Positions 7,400 through 18,747 of a stretch of 45,198 nucleotides of DNA are shown piece after piece (position 1 is the first letter of the stretch; each line of letters opens with the position of its first letter). The position numbers and the translations under genes are program-made. This DNA comes from Flavobacteriales bacterium (lineage in GTDB: Bacteria > Bacteroidota > Bacteroidia > Flavobacteriales_D > Crocinitomicaceae), in the NCBI GenBank assembly GCA_022361195.1, contig JAKSBJ010000129.1, forward strand, positions 1-45,198. The letters run 5' to 3'. The notes under the pieces were generated by a model, which was not told the DNA's origin, searched no databases, and saw only the letters and a list, made by a program, of their open reading frames with translations.

Positions 7400-10300
7400 T
7401 CAATAACTCCAATTAACATGTAAAGGCTTTTTCATCCATGGATATTTGATAATTGAAAAGGAAAAAGGAGATTGATTTAAGAGAACATCATAAGCTCTCT
7501 TTTCTACATTCAACTCCCACCTATCTATACTTTCAACCAACAAACCTTCACGTACTAACCAATTTCCTCTGAACCCCATAGTGGAAGTTTCTCCTATTTG
7601 AGACCAATGTGATCCCATTGCCGTTAGCATACCGTTAATTACATCTCTATCGTCCTCTGGCATTTCTTCTAAGGCCTCAATTGGTGTTGATGGATGAATT
7701 CCGCACAGAAGTTTATTTAAGGCCAGGAAGCCTTCATCTACATCAATCACAGAAGTAGCTACAAATTGTAGGTAATAGACTGCTTTGTATTGTGCTTGCT
7801 TATCAACAAATTCGCCATCAACCAACAAACCGCAACGCTCAAACAACATAGACAAGTAGTTGTTAATGAGCACTAGGCCCGCGTTTTTCACATAAATTCC
7901 AGTTGCCTCAATCTCTGGTTCCTCCTCCTCCCACAACTCTTCTGTAATTTCCTCCTCAATCATATCCTCCTGAACTGCTATAAGCTTTTTAGGCAAAGGA
8001 TAACGCTCCAATTCCATTCGATAAGCCGCTGGAAGTGCAAAAGACAGTTCTGCAAACTCTACCAACAACTCATCTCTCGACCAGCCTTGTAATTGTTTTA
8101 ATTCCCAGAATATCTCTTTCCAAAAAGTATCTCCTCTGAAAAAATTCCAATCATTATTTTTCCAACTCAAAAAGAGTTTTTGATAAATCAAATCTTTTAT
8201 ACTGACCAGTAGAAGGCGATTTGAACTGATTTGGTTAAAAGCCAAATAAAGCTCCTGAATTCTTCCCATTAAGGTTGCTTGAGTTGGATTTACCTTAGAA
8301 ATAGAGGTAACGAAACGCTCAAAGGAAATCAGTGATTTGAAATGAACTTTTTTGACCGCTTCATTTTTGCTTCTTCTAATTTCAATTAAGAAGTTAGAAA
8401 CAGACCGTTCCAAAAGCTTATCTACCCAATTTTTTAAGGATGTTTTAGAGTTAAATTTGAGCCAGGAAGGTGTTTGTCCATACTGAATCAGGTAATACCA
8501 TACTTCTCTCACCTCATTATCACTGAGTAAATCAATGTTCTTTTTTAGCTCTTCTGTTTCATTAAAAATGACATCATCAAACAAACTTTTTACCGTTTCA
8601 TTTTGTTTTAGTGCCTTTATCAAGCCTTTTGAAAAATGGTCTCTTTGGCTGGCTATGACTGTCAAAACCTCTTCAGAGTTTAAGGCTGAATTTAGCATGA
8701 GTTCTTCCAAGGTAATTTCGATTAGCTCACTTAGGAACTTATTGACATCTCCACCTTTTGCCAGTACTTGCTGAATTGCGTCTTCAAATTTTTGCTCAAA
8801 AGAAGCATCCTTATACAGTAGCTCCTTTGCGAAGAAATACAATTCATGAGCTGCCTTCATCCACAATCCATAGTTAGATGTGCCTTGAAAGGCAAATAAA
8901 ATCTCGTGAATTCCTATTTCATGGACAATACTAAGTTGTTCAGTCTTTGACAATTCCTTTTCAAACAAGATGGCAAAGACTTCTGGTTTCTCGTTCAGAA
9001 TAAGCTTCAGCAAGTCTATTCTTGAATAAACAGCCTTATTAAAAAAGATTTCCTTCTCCCCAGTTTTAAAAAGCTTTCGGAAGGTTTTATAATCAAACAC
9101 TGTCCCTTCTACCTCGCTTAGTTTTTTTCTTAATTTCTTAAGCAACTTTGGAGAAACTTCGGTAGTTGAGATAAATTGAGAAGAAGAATTTATTTGATGG
9201 GAATTAATGATGCTTTCAAAAAACAGATCTTCCAGCTTACTCATAGTCACCTGAGGACCTACAGTCAATAAAATATTCCACAATACATCTTCAAAAATGA
9301 GTTGAGTATTTCTTATCGAAGAATTCTTTATTGTAAACTGTTTCCAAAATACCTTGAGTTTCTCAATTTTAGAAAGAGATAACTGTGGAAATAGATATTC
9401 TAAAAGGGATTCCAAAACCGGACTTTCGGCAAGTCTGATTTGTATGAATTCCTTGTCATAGTAAAGCTTTTTGAGCAATAAAATGAATTCAATTTTCGTA
9501 TTAGTTCCCTGCTCTTTCCAGAATTTCACTTTTGTTTCAAACGACAACTCTTGTTGTATTTGAAATTCAATAACAAAAGCTTCAATTTGACTCTGAGAAA
9601 GAGTAATCTTATTCCCAATTCGTTGAAAGTAGGCCTTAGCTAGCTCTAGAAAATAAATTCTCTTTTCCTCCGTCAATTTAGAGGCATAACTCAAGAAAAT
9701 TTGTTGAATCTCTTTAAACTTTAGTTTTTCATTCCGGACGATATATTCTCGTCCTATTTCGGCTGAAATATTCAACAAAAATTGGTTAGAAAAAGGCAGT
9801 TCCAACTGATCTGCAACAGCAAATAATTGATCCGTAAACCACTTCAACAGTGGATGGGCATCATTCCATTTCTTAACTAAAGTATGGAAAACGTTATCTG
9901 GGATGATTTGAGGTAGTATTTTTCTCAACCCTTCTTTGTCCTGATAATTCAGAAGGTAGGTCAAACTTAATTCAGCATCAGCTTGCAAAATTTTCCGTAA
10001 GTGCTCCAAAGAATTAGACTGTTGTGCAGTAATATCTACCGTTCCACTTTGTTGAATAAGTTGTTCCAATATCTTTCGGAATAGTTTTTCACTCAATTGT
10101 GAATGTCCCATTTCTGAAGCGAGTTGGTCAAAATAAAGTGCTTTGGTATTGACTTTCCAACTACTTTTCATGGACGTCTGTGGATTGTTTATTAAAGTCT
10201 GCACCACAGTTCCCTTTTTCAATTTGCTTTTTTCTTCAAATTCCTGGGCCCATAATTGTATCCAGTTTTTAGAAGTCAAATCGTTGGGACGAAGGAGCAT

Positions 10301-11548
10301 GTTATTTAAAACTGAAATCCAGAAGTTTTTTTCATCAAAACGTTCCAAACTATCTACCAACTGCTGTCTTAAGCTTTCAAAATGGACAATATATTCTGAG
10401 GAAGATCCTTTTAACCAAGTCTTCACAAGAGTTTTAGCCACATCTGCATTCAGGTGAACAGACAGTCTTTTTAATGCTTTAGAATCCAGATCAGCCTCAA
10501 TAATTTGCTTAAAGCGCCTTTCATCCTTTTGAACTAAAGCAGGTAAAAGCTCATTTAAATGCATTTGCCTTTGCCGAACCTTTTTATCATCCCCTTTAAG
10601 GTATTGTGTAAAACTCTTCCAATGAATTTCTGAAACGCTTTGATGGCCTGCTTTTTTAACAGGAATGGCATCATTTTCAGCTATCGCTCTGATAACATCC
10701 ATAAAGTCCGACCTTAAGGACATTTTCTGAGAGATTTCATCAATGGCCTTACGAATCATGTCTAAGAGTTCATAAAAATCCAAACCATAATGAGCTGCCA
10801 TTTGAGAAATGATACTTCGGGTAAAAGAAATTCGGTTAAATAAGGTTCCTCTTTCGGTTAGTAAGAAGTTCAAAACCCACCACCACACTTTTTTTCGGAA
10901 TTCGGAGGCCCCCGTTTGCACTACAGTTTTTCCCGACTGAATTTTCACCAACTCATCAGAGAATCCTATGATGCTTTCGTGATTATTTGGTTCTAAGCCC
11001 TGAACAATTTTTCGGATCGTAGCATCCTTGATTTGCCAGGCCATTCTCTTTCTAACCTTTTCAGAACGTCCTAAACTTCTGATGAGCCTAATAAACTGCT
11101 GCTTCTCACTTAAGAGTAAATGGTTGATGATTTGATCTACTGTTCCAAACTCAGAGCGATATGACCAGGGGAAATAACCTTTTGCAAAGTATTTTCCAAT
11201 TACCTCCAATTGAGATTCCTGCTTACGTATAATCTGTATATTCTTTTCCCGTTGATAAGAGTCCAGCGTGAGACGTAATAGCTCATTCATGAGTTCAACT
11301 CCCAATTTTTGGGTTAACTCACGTTCGAGATTTTGATAATCCACCTCTCCTAAATCAATTTCAAGCCTGTCTATTCGCCAAATTTGATCTTCGGGGCAAA
11401 CTTTATCAAAGACTCGATTTAATTCCCTACCCAAAGGTTCTTTACTCCATGAACTGATTCTATTTTGCAATTCTGTTGCAAAGGCACGATCATCCAAACT
11501 GGTTTCCCAGCCAAACTTTGAAATGATATGTCCAGAATCTTTAGCCAT
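7400..11548 (-). CDS. Putative eCIS tape-measure / tail-length-determination protein (Afp14-like), 1382 aa, predominantly alpha-helical.
   Basis: Its size and helical, low-complexity-free composition fit a tape measure. Its position immediately after the two large baseplate genes and before the ATPase matches Afp/PVC synteny. I recognised no catalytic motif. The call rests on synteny and composition only. Confidence 0.4.
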   Translation of the reverse strand: MAKDSGHIISKFGWETSLDDRAFATELQNRISSWSKEPLGRELNRVFDKVCPEDQIWRIDRLEIDLGEVDYQNLERELTQKLGVELMNELLRLTLDSYQREKNIQIIRKQESQLEVIGKYFAKGYFPWSYRSEFGTVDQIINHLLLSEKQQFIRLIRSLGRSEKVRKRMAWQIKDATIRKIVQGLEPNNHESIIGFSDELVKIQSGKTVVQTGASEFRKKVWWWVLNFLLTERGTLFNRISFTRSIISQMAAHYGLDFYELLDMIRKAIDEISQKMSLRSDFMDVIRAIAENDAIPVKKAGHQSVSEIHWKSFTQYLKGDDKKVRQRQMHLNELLPALVQKDERRFKQIIEADLDSKALKRLSVHLNADVAKTLVKTWLKGSSSEYIVHFESLRQQLVDSLERFDEKNFWISVLNNMLLRPNDLTSKNWIQLWAQEFEEKSKLKKGTVVQTLINNPQTSMKSSWKVNTKALYFDQLASEMGHSQLSEKLFRKILEQLIQQSGTVDITAQQSNSLEHLRKILQADAELSLTYLLNYQDKEGLRKILPQIIPDNVFHTLVKKWNDAHPLLKWFTDQLFAVADQLELPFSNQFLLNISAEIGREYIVRNEKLKFKEIQQIFLSYASKLTEEKRIYFLELAKAYFQRIGNKITLSQSQIEAFVIEFQIQQELSFETKVKFWKEQGTNTKIEFILLLKKLYYDKEFIQIRLAESPVLESLLEYLFPQLSLSKIEKLKVFWKQFTIKNSSIRNTQLIFEDVLWNILLTVGPQVTMSKLEDLFFESIINSHQINSSSQFISTTEVSPKLLKKLRKKLSEVEGTVFDYKTFRKLFKTGEKEIFFNKAVYSRIDLLKLILNEKPEVFAILFEKELSKTEQLSIVHEIGIHEILFAFQGTSNYGLWMKAAHELYFFAKELLYKDASFEQKFEDAIQQVLAKGGDVNKFLSELIEITLEELMLNSALNSEEVLTVIASQRDHFSKGLIKALKQNETVKSLFDDVIFNETEELKKNIDLLSDNEVREVWYYLIQYGQTPSWLKFNSKTSLKNWVDKLLERSVSNFLIEIRRSKNEAVKKVHFKSLISFERFVTSISKVNPTQATLMGRIQELYLAFNQISSNRLLLVSIKDLIYQKLFLSWKNNDWNFFRGDTFWKEIFWELKQLQGWSRDELLVEFAELSFALPAAYRMELERYPLPKKLIAVQEDMIEEEITEELWEEEEPEIEATGIYVKNAGLVLINNYLSMLFERCGLLVDGEFVDKQAQYKAVYYLQFVATSVIDVDEGFLALNKLLCGIHPSTPIEALEEMPEDDRDVINGMLTAMGSHWSQIGETSTMGFRGNWLVREGLLVESIDRWELNVEKRAYDVLLNQSPFSFSIIKYPWMKKPLHVNWSY

Positions 11549-14225
11549 TATTTTCTTCGAGGTTTTCTAAATAGAGTTTGATCATTTGAAGCACCAACTT
11601 CCCTGTTGACTTCACCAAATCTTCATCATAGTTTTTATTGGGTCCCTGAAAGCGAAGATTGTTGTGCCAATCAGCAAAATGAGGGATCAGTTTCTCCAAA
11701 CGATGTGTCGTAGCCCTGTAAAAACTACAATTGATTCGTGGTGAAATAGTATCCGCTACAAAGTCTTCAAGAACAGTCTTGAAGGAGTCTTTTGAAAAGC
11801 GAAACACATAATCTGGGAAAATAAAATGCAGTTTATTCTTAAAAATGGGATGATTGGTTGAAACCTCAGCATCACCTCCCCAAGAAGCTTTAATTCCAAG
11901 TTTAACACCACTATCTCCTAAATCTTCAAAATAGGAGGATTCCCAATTTACCCGAGTCTTTTTAGCATGACTACCATCAGCTGTTGTTAAAGTCTTAGCA
12001 TCGTTCAACTTTTCCAGTAAAGAATCTGCCATTTTCTCCAGCTCGTAACAAATCTCAAGGGCTGTTTCGTAGTCATGTATTTCTCCTATCTGCCATACTT
12101 GATCCTCATCATTTTTTTCTATAATAACAATCTGAAAATCGGCTGACTGTAATAGAAGATCACTTTCAATAAAAATGGACCCTTTACGTTCTATCATCAT
12201 CCAATAAGTCTGACTTACCTCATCTTTTAAGGAATCTTCATAATAGTTATCAATAATAAAATTGCGATAGGTTGACCTTAAACCAAAAAGCAGATTCAAT
12301 TTCAACTCAACTGATGAGTAATCGTCAAAATCCTGTTCTGAAAGCTTTTCTGTTTCATCGATAAGTTGCGAGCGAAGAATGAATTCATTTTGTTGTTCTT
12401 CATACAACTCAATCCACATTTTTTCAGTTACCAGAGGCAGTGTTTCCTCAATTTTTCGGCATCCCATAAAATTGTATGCCTTAAACCGATAATAAGAAAG
12501 TAGTCCAATATTTTGGACGTACAGACTCTTAAAGATGACCTTATCCTCCAGTTTATTTGCTGAGAAAGATGAAGTTGAAATAATCTCATCAATTAAATAC
12601 GGAGACTCTCCATGGCGAGCAATTAAATGATCTAAAATTTCATTTCGTCTTTCCAAACCTTCCTGAGATTCTTCAATCGCGCCTCCAACTCCTTTAATGT
12701 AGGTATTGTAAGGATCATTTTTATAAGCTTTCCAACTATCTATTTCCAATTGCTGTGAAGTTGTGGTTTGTAGAGAAAAATCAAACGCTCCCGAATTTTT
12801 TAGTATTGGCCTGATATTCGGAACTTCATAAAGCGATTGATAGAAATAAGAAGGAGAAAAACTTAAAAACGGAGCTGGATATTGTGGATTAGCCAATTCA
12901 TATTGGTCCATTTGTGCAAAAAGGGCTTGTTGATCAAAGGGAGCAGGACAAATTGAATTCTTAAAAGAAAACAACTCATGAACACTGGCCAATTGAGAAA
13001 ACTCGTTCGCCAATACCTGATCAAACAAGGTTAAGTATCCTTTTAGTTGGCGAGAACGGGCAATTTGATAATCAGCCACTCCAGATTCAATAGCGTTTTC
13101 TCCTACTCCAAATATCTCAGGAAAAGTATTTTGGATAGAATAATATTCCTGAATTTCACGATAGGTGCCATCTGGTAATTTAGGGTCAGTATTAACAACA
13201 GACTTGTTTGGGTTATTTGCAACCTCTTTAGTACTAATTCGAGAAAGAACGTTAGTCAGATACGCATTAGTCAACTGCTCCCCCTTCCACATCACTTTTA
13301 TATCTCCCGACTGAATAGAAGAAATAAGATTTACCACAATTAGCTGCTCATCGTTAGAGCTAAGAGCATTCAACTGCTTTGAGTCCTGCGTAAATGCTAT
13401 TTCTTCAACAAAACTGATTCCTTTAATCTCTTGAAGAATCCCAATAATTTCGGAAGTATTAAGATCATTTCGCTTGCTTCCCAAACTTTCGGTTAAGATC
13501 CATCCATTTTGTAATTTAGGTCCATCAAAAATAGAATCTGGAGTAGCTCCTTTACTAATCAAATCATCATAGCTGTACTGGGTAACTCTTGGAAAGAGGT
13601 ATTGATTAATTGCATCCTGAGCTCCTTTAAACAGATCATCCAGTGAATGTTCTGATTCAACTACAAATGTTCCACTAAGACCATAATTCAGCTTTTGAAA
13701 TGGCTTTGGTTTGAGAAACAACTCACCCAAATTTCGACATCGTGAAAATTGATAATATGCCGCTTCGCATATTTGGTCTATTTGCATTTCATCTGAAATC
13801 GTTTCTGAGATAAGCAAATAAGTATGATACAATCCACTTTCGAGATGTACACCTTGGGCCTTAGGAATAATCACAGCATTTTCAACTACCTCTATTCCAT
13901 CAATAATGTATTTTCTAAAATCATTGATAGTTAAAGGAGTTGTTGTCAAAATTTCTTCAGCTGTGTAAAACTGATTTTTAACAATAAGTTGATCATTCTT
14001 ATCAGTAAGAATGTCTTTCATTGGAAAATCGATACAGTACCCTAACTCGGTCAAGGCAAAACACAGCTGATCCAAAATGGTAATTCCTGGATCACTAGGA
14101 TTAAAATTAGTCCAGGAGTTTCCACTGAATTCCTGTAAAAAGGCCAAGCCCTCCTCTTTCAGAAGCTCAAAATTCTGCGTAACCGGCAAAGTCTCATCTA
14201 CTATGTGATACTGTTCTTCGATCAT
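11541..14225 (-). CDS. Large baseplate wedge protein, Afp12/gp7-like (894 aa).
   Basis: It follows the gp6/J-like gene with an 8-nt overlap and has the size expected from conserved gp25-gp6-gp7 synteny. No short diagnostic motif is known to me. Confidence 0.45.
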   Translation of the reverse strand: MIEEQYHIVDETLPVTQNFELLKEEGLAFLQEFSGNSWTNFNPSDPGITILDQLCFALTELGYCIDFPMKDILTDKNDQLIVKNQFYTAEEILTTTPLTINDFRKYIIDGIEVVENAVIIPKAQGVHLESGLYHTYLLISETISDEMQIDQICEAAYYQFSRCRNLGELFLKPKPFQKLNYGLSGTFVVESEHSLDDLFKGAQDAINQYLFPRVTQYSYDDLISKGATPDSIFDGPKLQNGWILTESLGSKRNDLNTSEIIGILQEIKGISFVEEIAFTQDSKQLNALSSNDEQLIVVNLISSIQSGDIKVMWKGEQLTNAYLTNVLSRISTKEVANNPNKSVVNTDPKLPDGTYREIQEYYSIQNTFPEIFGVGENAIESGVADYQIARSRQLKGYLTLFDQVLANEFSQLASVHELFSFKNSICPAPFDQQALFAQMDQYELANPQYPAPFLSFSPSYFYQSLYEVPNIRPILKNSGAFDFSLQTTTSQQLEIDSWKAYKNDPYNTYIKGVGGAIEESQEGLERRNEILDHLIARHGESPYLIDEIISTSSFSANKLEDKVIFKSLYVQNIGLLSYYRFKAYNFMGCRKIEETLPLVTEKMWIELYEEQQNEFILRSQLIDETEKLSEQDFDDYSSVELKLNLLFGLRSTYRNFIIDNYYEDSLKDEVSQTYWMMIERKGSIFIESDLLLQSADFQIVIIEKNDEDQVWQIGEIHDYETALEICYELEKMADSLLEKLNDAKTLTTADGSHAKKTRVNWESSYFEDLGDSGVKLGIKASWGGDAEVSTNHPIFKNKLHFIFPDYVFRFSKDSFKTVLEDFVADTISPRINCSFYRATTHRLEKLIPHFADWHNNLRFQGPNKNYDEDLVKSTGKLVLQMIKLYLENLEENNG

Positions 14226-17200
14226 GCGGCTCTAAAGGTGAAATGATGTTTTATACCCGGAACAAACAACTGGTTTGCTTGCTGGGGAACAATTAATGGA
14301 GTTTGTTGAGCAGCTGGATTTTCATCTGCTTCTAGTATATGGTCAGAAGTAATGAATGAAAGTTCCTGAACTTCCAAAACCCCCTCTATTGATTTTATAA
14401 GTGGTCTAAGCTGCGATTCGCTTATCCCCTGGTCAATTTGTACATGACTTTGACCATCTTGTATCCATGGAGCTAAAAATGTGTTTAATCGTTGATTCAG
14501 TTCCTGCTCCAATCCTCTAATAGCGAAACCTTTTTTAACAACAATTGTTGCTTTAACAGTGACATAAACAGGATTAAAGTTTGCTATATCAAGTTTTGTG
14601 AAAGGCGAAACTTTACTCTGTAAGTAGTCCGTCACTCTCAATTCCAAGCATTCATTTACCAGCGGTAAAAAGGCAGATGGTGAGGCTTCATCCTCTACTT
14701 GCTTGACTAACAATACTTCGGTTTTCCCCTGACTTTTATCATAAATTACTTTGACATAATAAACATCCGGGAAATTCTCTTTAATCAATCTAAAATAATC
14801 TGCCGAACGACCAATTCTACCTTTTGTCGCTAAATGATTACTAACACGCTTGAACATTGCGGTTTCATTCTCAGCTCCTTTCCCGCCAAATGAAGGAAAC
14901 GGTTGAGCCAAAGAAGCTATTTTGGGCATTGGCACAGCAGGAGATGTGATTTTAGATGCAGCCAGCTTAGGAGCAGTTGTATCTGCTAAATAGGCTGTTG
15001 AGCTTCGTTGAAGTTCAATTCCATTTGAATCTAAATAAACTGTCTCAGGAATAGCCCCAAGATCTTCGTTCACCCCTATCGCTAACCAATACTTTTTGGG
15101 AGGCATAAAAACCGTATCAGAAGAAGGGTCTAACGGAATGTCCAGACTTAAAATACCGCTGCAAATAAAATGCTGTGTTCCGTCATTCAATAAAGAACAA
15201 TCTTGCCACCCTTGATCCGTTAATGCACTGTAAGTTATTGGTGATTTAGTATTTGGAATTCCTATTTTTCTGCTGAGTTCATAAAACAGGTTGAGTTCAC
15301 TATTCCCTTCTAAATTCTGTAAATTGATGAGTTGAACTCCCTCCTGCTGAAAAGGAACATAAAGGGGTAAATAGGATGATTCAGTATTTTCTTCCTCCGT
15401 TGATTTTTTCTCCTCTAAAGGAGCTCCCAAAGCAAAATTGGAAATGAAAACAGAGTTATCAACTGAATTATCAAAGGATTTATAGGTTGAAAAAGGCGTA
15501 TAATGAAAACACTCTAAAGGATATTGATCTTCTGTTGATCTAGCCTGCTCAAAAGTATACAACTGACTGGAGCTGTAAGAGAGATTCATTTTTTTCACCT
15601 TTGGTGTGTAAGGGACATTCGCAGATTGCTTTAGCTTCTTACACCAAAGTTTTCGCATTAATGTTTTTGCATTTTGTAATGCGAGATAGGACACCACTTT
15701 TCCATATAGCTCCAAGCCAAACCCAAACCCTGGATTAACCAATGTCATCTTCATAAAACCATCTTTGGTTTTATCTGAAAAGGTTAAAGGTTTACTTTGA
15801 AGACCTGTTAAGGGCTCAAATCCTTTGGGCATTTCATCACAATTGAAATTGGTAGAAGGCGATAAAGCCCCCAATAAACTCTCCTTAAAGAGGTATAAAC
15901 CTTTTTTATGTTTTTCCCATTCTTTTTTCTCTGATTTTCGCTTTTTGCGAGCATGTTTATCAGATAATGTGCATTGATCCACTTCATCCACCTCCAAATC
16001 AGTCCAAATTCCATTTTGGAGATAATCAAAGTTGACTCTGAAACTTTTGTTGGAATACTGAAAAGCTGCAATATTCCAACCTAACAAATTACTTAACAGC
16101 CAATTGATGGTGCGTTTAAACCAAGTCGGTTTTTTTGATCCGGTACTATCAAGGACATCATAATGTTTCAAGTACTTATTGTACTGTTCGTAATATTTTT
16201 TGAAATCTTCAGGAAGTCCATCCCAATCCAGCTCTATGCAAATTTGCCCTTCAGGTTTACTAAAGATTTCTGAGCTTCCAACAAAAAAGCTGGAATTAAC
16301 CGCAGGTGTTGGACCCAATAACTCGAAAGGTTTTTTAGCACTTAATTTTCCATTATCATTCTCAAGTGCCATTGATTTCATTCCACTCACTTCTACATCT
16401 ACCTCCAAACTTTCAATTTCGGGAGGATTGTTTAAATCCTTAAATTGAGAAAAGTGAATTTTAAATAGCGGCCAGGAAGCCTGATAGCCATCCGGATTCT
16501 TTTTAAAAGCCTGTATAGCTGGATCACCTGTATCTAAAGAAACCTCAATAAGTAACTGTCGAACCTTTTTATCCTGATCTTTTTCTACATCAACGTTCGG
16601 AAATGTCAATTTACCCTTAAGATCAAACCAGCTTTTTTCAGTACTCAAAAAATAATCGGCATTGAATAAATCCACCAGATCAGTTTCTTCCTTAAAGGTG
16701 AAGGTTAGTTTTAAAGTCCTTGTTCCGTCTTGTAAAAAGAACATTGGTGAAGCAAAGGCTACTGCCATATCTTGCCGAACTGCAGTAGTTTTATCTCCTC
16801 CAAAACCTGGCCAGGAAATGAGTTTTCCCTTTTCATTTTTTTTGAGTTTGTTTGGCGTAATTTCTTCAGAAAGATATAGTTCTGAAAGTCCGGAATCACT
16901 ATTAATCTGAAACAAAGTAGAAAGCGTCCCAATTTTAGCAGGACTTAAAATAGTCTCCTTTAAAGTTTCAAATAAAATGGGTTGCTTACTAGCATTTAAC
17001 CCTCCTTTAAACTCTGTTCCTTGTGCCAGAACTAGGAAATCTGTTTTAGGAGCTAGTTTGGCTGTAACAAAAACCTTATCAGGCTGAGCATTCTTTTGAT
17101 TTTGTTTAAGAATATCTCTGTAGTAAAAATTAAGATGTTTTTTACTGAGACCATTCATTGCCTCGGTATAAAGTGACAATAATCTTGTAAAAACCCGAAC

Positions 17201-18010
17201 TAAAATGGTATCAGGAAACTTATTCTTCTCCGTTTTTAAGTTTTCAAACTCCTGGGTAGCCTGATCAATATTATGTTTATAAAATCCAAAGAGATCATTT
17301 CCAGTGGATAGCAGTCTGGAGAATATGGTCAGGGTTGAATTATCTTGTAAAGGGTATTCCAAATTGATAATTTCCCAAGGAGAACCTTCATCAACATCAT
17401 CATTGTTTTGCCCCCATAATTCAGGTACATAGGTTCCTCCTTTTTTCCACAAGTCAGGATCAAAATCCTCAAAAAGATTTAACTGTACTGCCTTAATTCC
17501 TTGAATTATGCCCGTAATGTTTAAGGCTGTTCTTAAACTCAAAAGTTCGGTAAGTAATTGAGCATATTTACTTTTTACTTCTTGAAACAAGTAGTTTTCT
17601 AGCGGATAATCATGATTATGTTTTTTCATGTAATGTGTCCACTGCTCTATTTCAAGGTATATTTCGGTATAGAGATCAAATAACTGATTGACCAGCTTTC
17701 CTAATTGTTCTTCGGAAATATTACCGGAATTTACGTCTTCACTTTGCGATACAATTTGAAGGAAAAGGTTTCGCTTAACAGTATATCGGCTTTTGGCAAT
17801 ATAAGCGAGAAGTATAATAGGGTCTTTGAGTAAGAGTGGCTGCCAACTACTGTATATTTTGTTTTCCTGATCATAAAAGTTCAAAACATCCGAAAAATCT
17901 GCCATGAACTGAAGAAAATCCTGATCTAACCTTCCATCTATAACGGCCGTTGTAGGATTCAATGCTTGTTCCAGCGATTTAAGGGCTTTATTTTGATCGA
18001 TTTGAATCAT
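14222..18010 (-). CDS. Baseplate J / gp6-like protein, Afp11-like (1262 aa).
   Basis: It lies directly downstream of the gp25-like gene with a 5-nt gap. The gp25 then gp6-like order is conserved across contractile tails, eCIS and T6SS (TssE-TssF). Confidence 0.5.
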   Translation of the reverse strand: MIQIDQNKALKSLEQALNPTTAVIDGRLDQDFLQFMADFSDVLNFYDQENKIYSSWQPLLLKDPIILLAYIAKSRYTVKRNLFLQIVSQSEDVNSGNISEEQLGKLVNQLFDLYTEIYLEIEQWTHYMKKHNHDYPLENYLFQEVKSKYAQLLTELLSLRTALNITGIIQGIKAVQLNLFEDFDPDLWKKGGTYVPELWGQNNDDVDEGSPWEIINLEYPLQDNSTLTIFSRLLSTGNDLFGFYKHNIDQATQEFENLKTEKNKFPDTILVRVFTRLLSLYTEAMNGLSKKHLNFYYRDILKQNQKNAQPDKVFVTAKLAPKTDFLVLAQGTEFKGGLNASKQPILFETLKETILSPAKIGTLSTLFQINSDSGLSELYLSEEITPNKLKKNEKGKLISWPGFGGDKTTAVRQDMAVAFASPMFFLQDGTRTLKLTFTFKEETDLVDLFNADYFLSTEKSWFDLKGKLTFPNVDVEKDQDKKVRQLLIEVSLDTGDPAIQAFKKNPDGYQASWPLFKIHFSQFKDLNNPPEIESLEVDVEVSGMKSMALENDNGKLSAKKPFELLGPTPAVNSSFFVGSSEIFSKPEGQICIELDWDGLPEDFKKYYEQYNKYLKHYDVLDSTGSKKPTWFKRTINWLLSNLLGWNIAAFQYSNKSFRVNFDYLQNGIWTDLEVDEVDQCTLSDKHARKKRKSEKKEWEKHKKGLYLFKESLLGALSPSTNFNCDEMPKGFEPLTGLQSKPLTFSDKTKDGFMKMTLVNPGFGFGLELYGKVVSYLALQNAKTLMRKLWCKKLKQSANVPYTPKVKKMNLSYSSSQLYTFEQARSTEDQYPLECFHYTPFSTYKSFDNSVDNSVFISNFALGAPLEEKKSTEEENTESSYLPLYVPFQQEGVQLINLQNLEGNSELNLFYELSRKIGIPNTKSPITYSALTDQGWQDCSLLNDGTQHFICSGILSLDIPLDPSSDTVFMPPKKYWLAIGVNEDLGAIPETVYLDSNGIELQRSSTAYLADTTAPKLAASKITSPAVPMPKIASLAQPFPSFGGKGAENETAMFKRVSNHLATKGRIGRSADYFRLIKENFPDVYYVKVIYDKSQGKTEVLLVKQVEDEASPSAFLPLVNECLELRVTDYLQSKVSPFTKLDIANFNPVYVTVKATIVVKKGFAIRGLEQELNQRLNTFLAPWIQDGQSHVQIDQGISESQLRPLIKSIEGVLEVQELSFITSDHILEADENPAAQQTPLIVPQQANQLFVPGIKHHFTFRAA

Positions 18011-18015
18011 GTAAT

Positions 18016-18444
18016 TTATCCAAGATTTGTTCCTTCTTTTAAATGAAAAGGGAATACATAATTGTGGCGGGTGTTGGTCTGATTATAAACATAAACCACC
18101 GTAATTTCTACTAATCCCAATTGTAGATCAGGATAGTCTACATCCACTTCCTGAACAGTAATTCGTGGTTCGTGATTTCGTAAACTGCTTTCAACAGCAT
18201 CTCTAATTTCACCTTTCAGTGTTTCATCCATTTTTCGGAAAAAGAACTCCTGTAACCCCGAACCAAAATCGGGTTCCATACAACGTTCACCTTTCTTTGT
18301 TTTCAGGATTACATCAATGGAATTATTAATGTTGTTCTCGTATTGAGTTACATCTAATTCAGCATTTCCCGCAGAAAAACTGATAGGAAAGGCCCAACCC
18401 GATCCTAAAAAATGATTATCCTGTTTTGACAATTGTTTATCCAC
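18016..18444 (-). CDS. gp25-like baseplate wedge protein (GPW_gp25 / TssE-like, Afp9-like), 142 aa.
   Basis: Matching motifs are LGSGWAFPISF, PDFGSGLQEFFF and EPRITVQEVDVD. Size is about 140 aa. Confidence 0.8.
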   Translation of the reverse strand: MDKQLSKQDNHFLGSGWAFPISFSAGNAELDVTQYENNINNSIDVILKTKKGERCMEPDFGSGLQEFFFRKMDETLKGEIRDAVESSLRNHEPRITVQEVDVDYPDLQLGLVEITVVYVYNQTNTRHNYVFPFHLKEGTNLG

Positions 18445-18736
18445 CTATTTCAACATTAAATGCACCTAAAACTATTTCTCCTCCGTGGGCAGTAGTATCA
18501 CCCACCCTAGCTGCCGGCATTCCACCAATCATAACTGTAGCCGATCCTTTCACAATGGCATCTGGTGGTCCAACACAAATCAACTCATCGCCTACTCTGG
18601 CGGCTGGTAATCCGCCAATTAAAACAGTAGGTTCACCGGGACCAACAACGGGTCCTCCAACATGTGGAATTGGAACCGGAGCTGGAGTTTCCATCGGACA
18701 TTCATGAAAATCTGTTAATCGTGCTGCTGGAGGCAT
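18437..18736 (-). CDS. PAAR-repeat spike-tip protein, 99 aa, with no toxin extension.
   Basis: Three PAAR-like motifs are present: PPAARLTD, LPAARVGD and MPAARVGD. Confidence 0.85.
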   Translation of the reverse strand: MPPAARLTDFHECPMETPAPVPIPHVGGPVVGPGEPTVLIGGLPAARVGDELICVGPPDAIVKGSATVMIGGMPAARVGDTTAHGGEIVLGAFNVEIGG

Positions 18737-18747
18737 ACTTTTGGTTT

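Noticed and set aside
18426-18707. Pro/Gly/Ala-rich plus-strand ORF (93 aa)
   Set aside because: It is the mirror-frame artefact of the GC-rich PAAR gene on the opposite strand.
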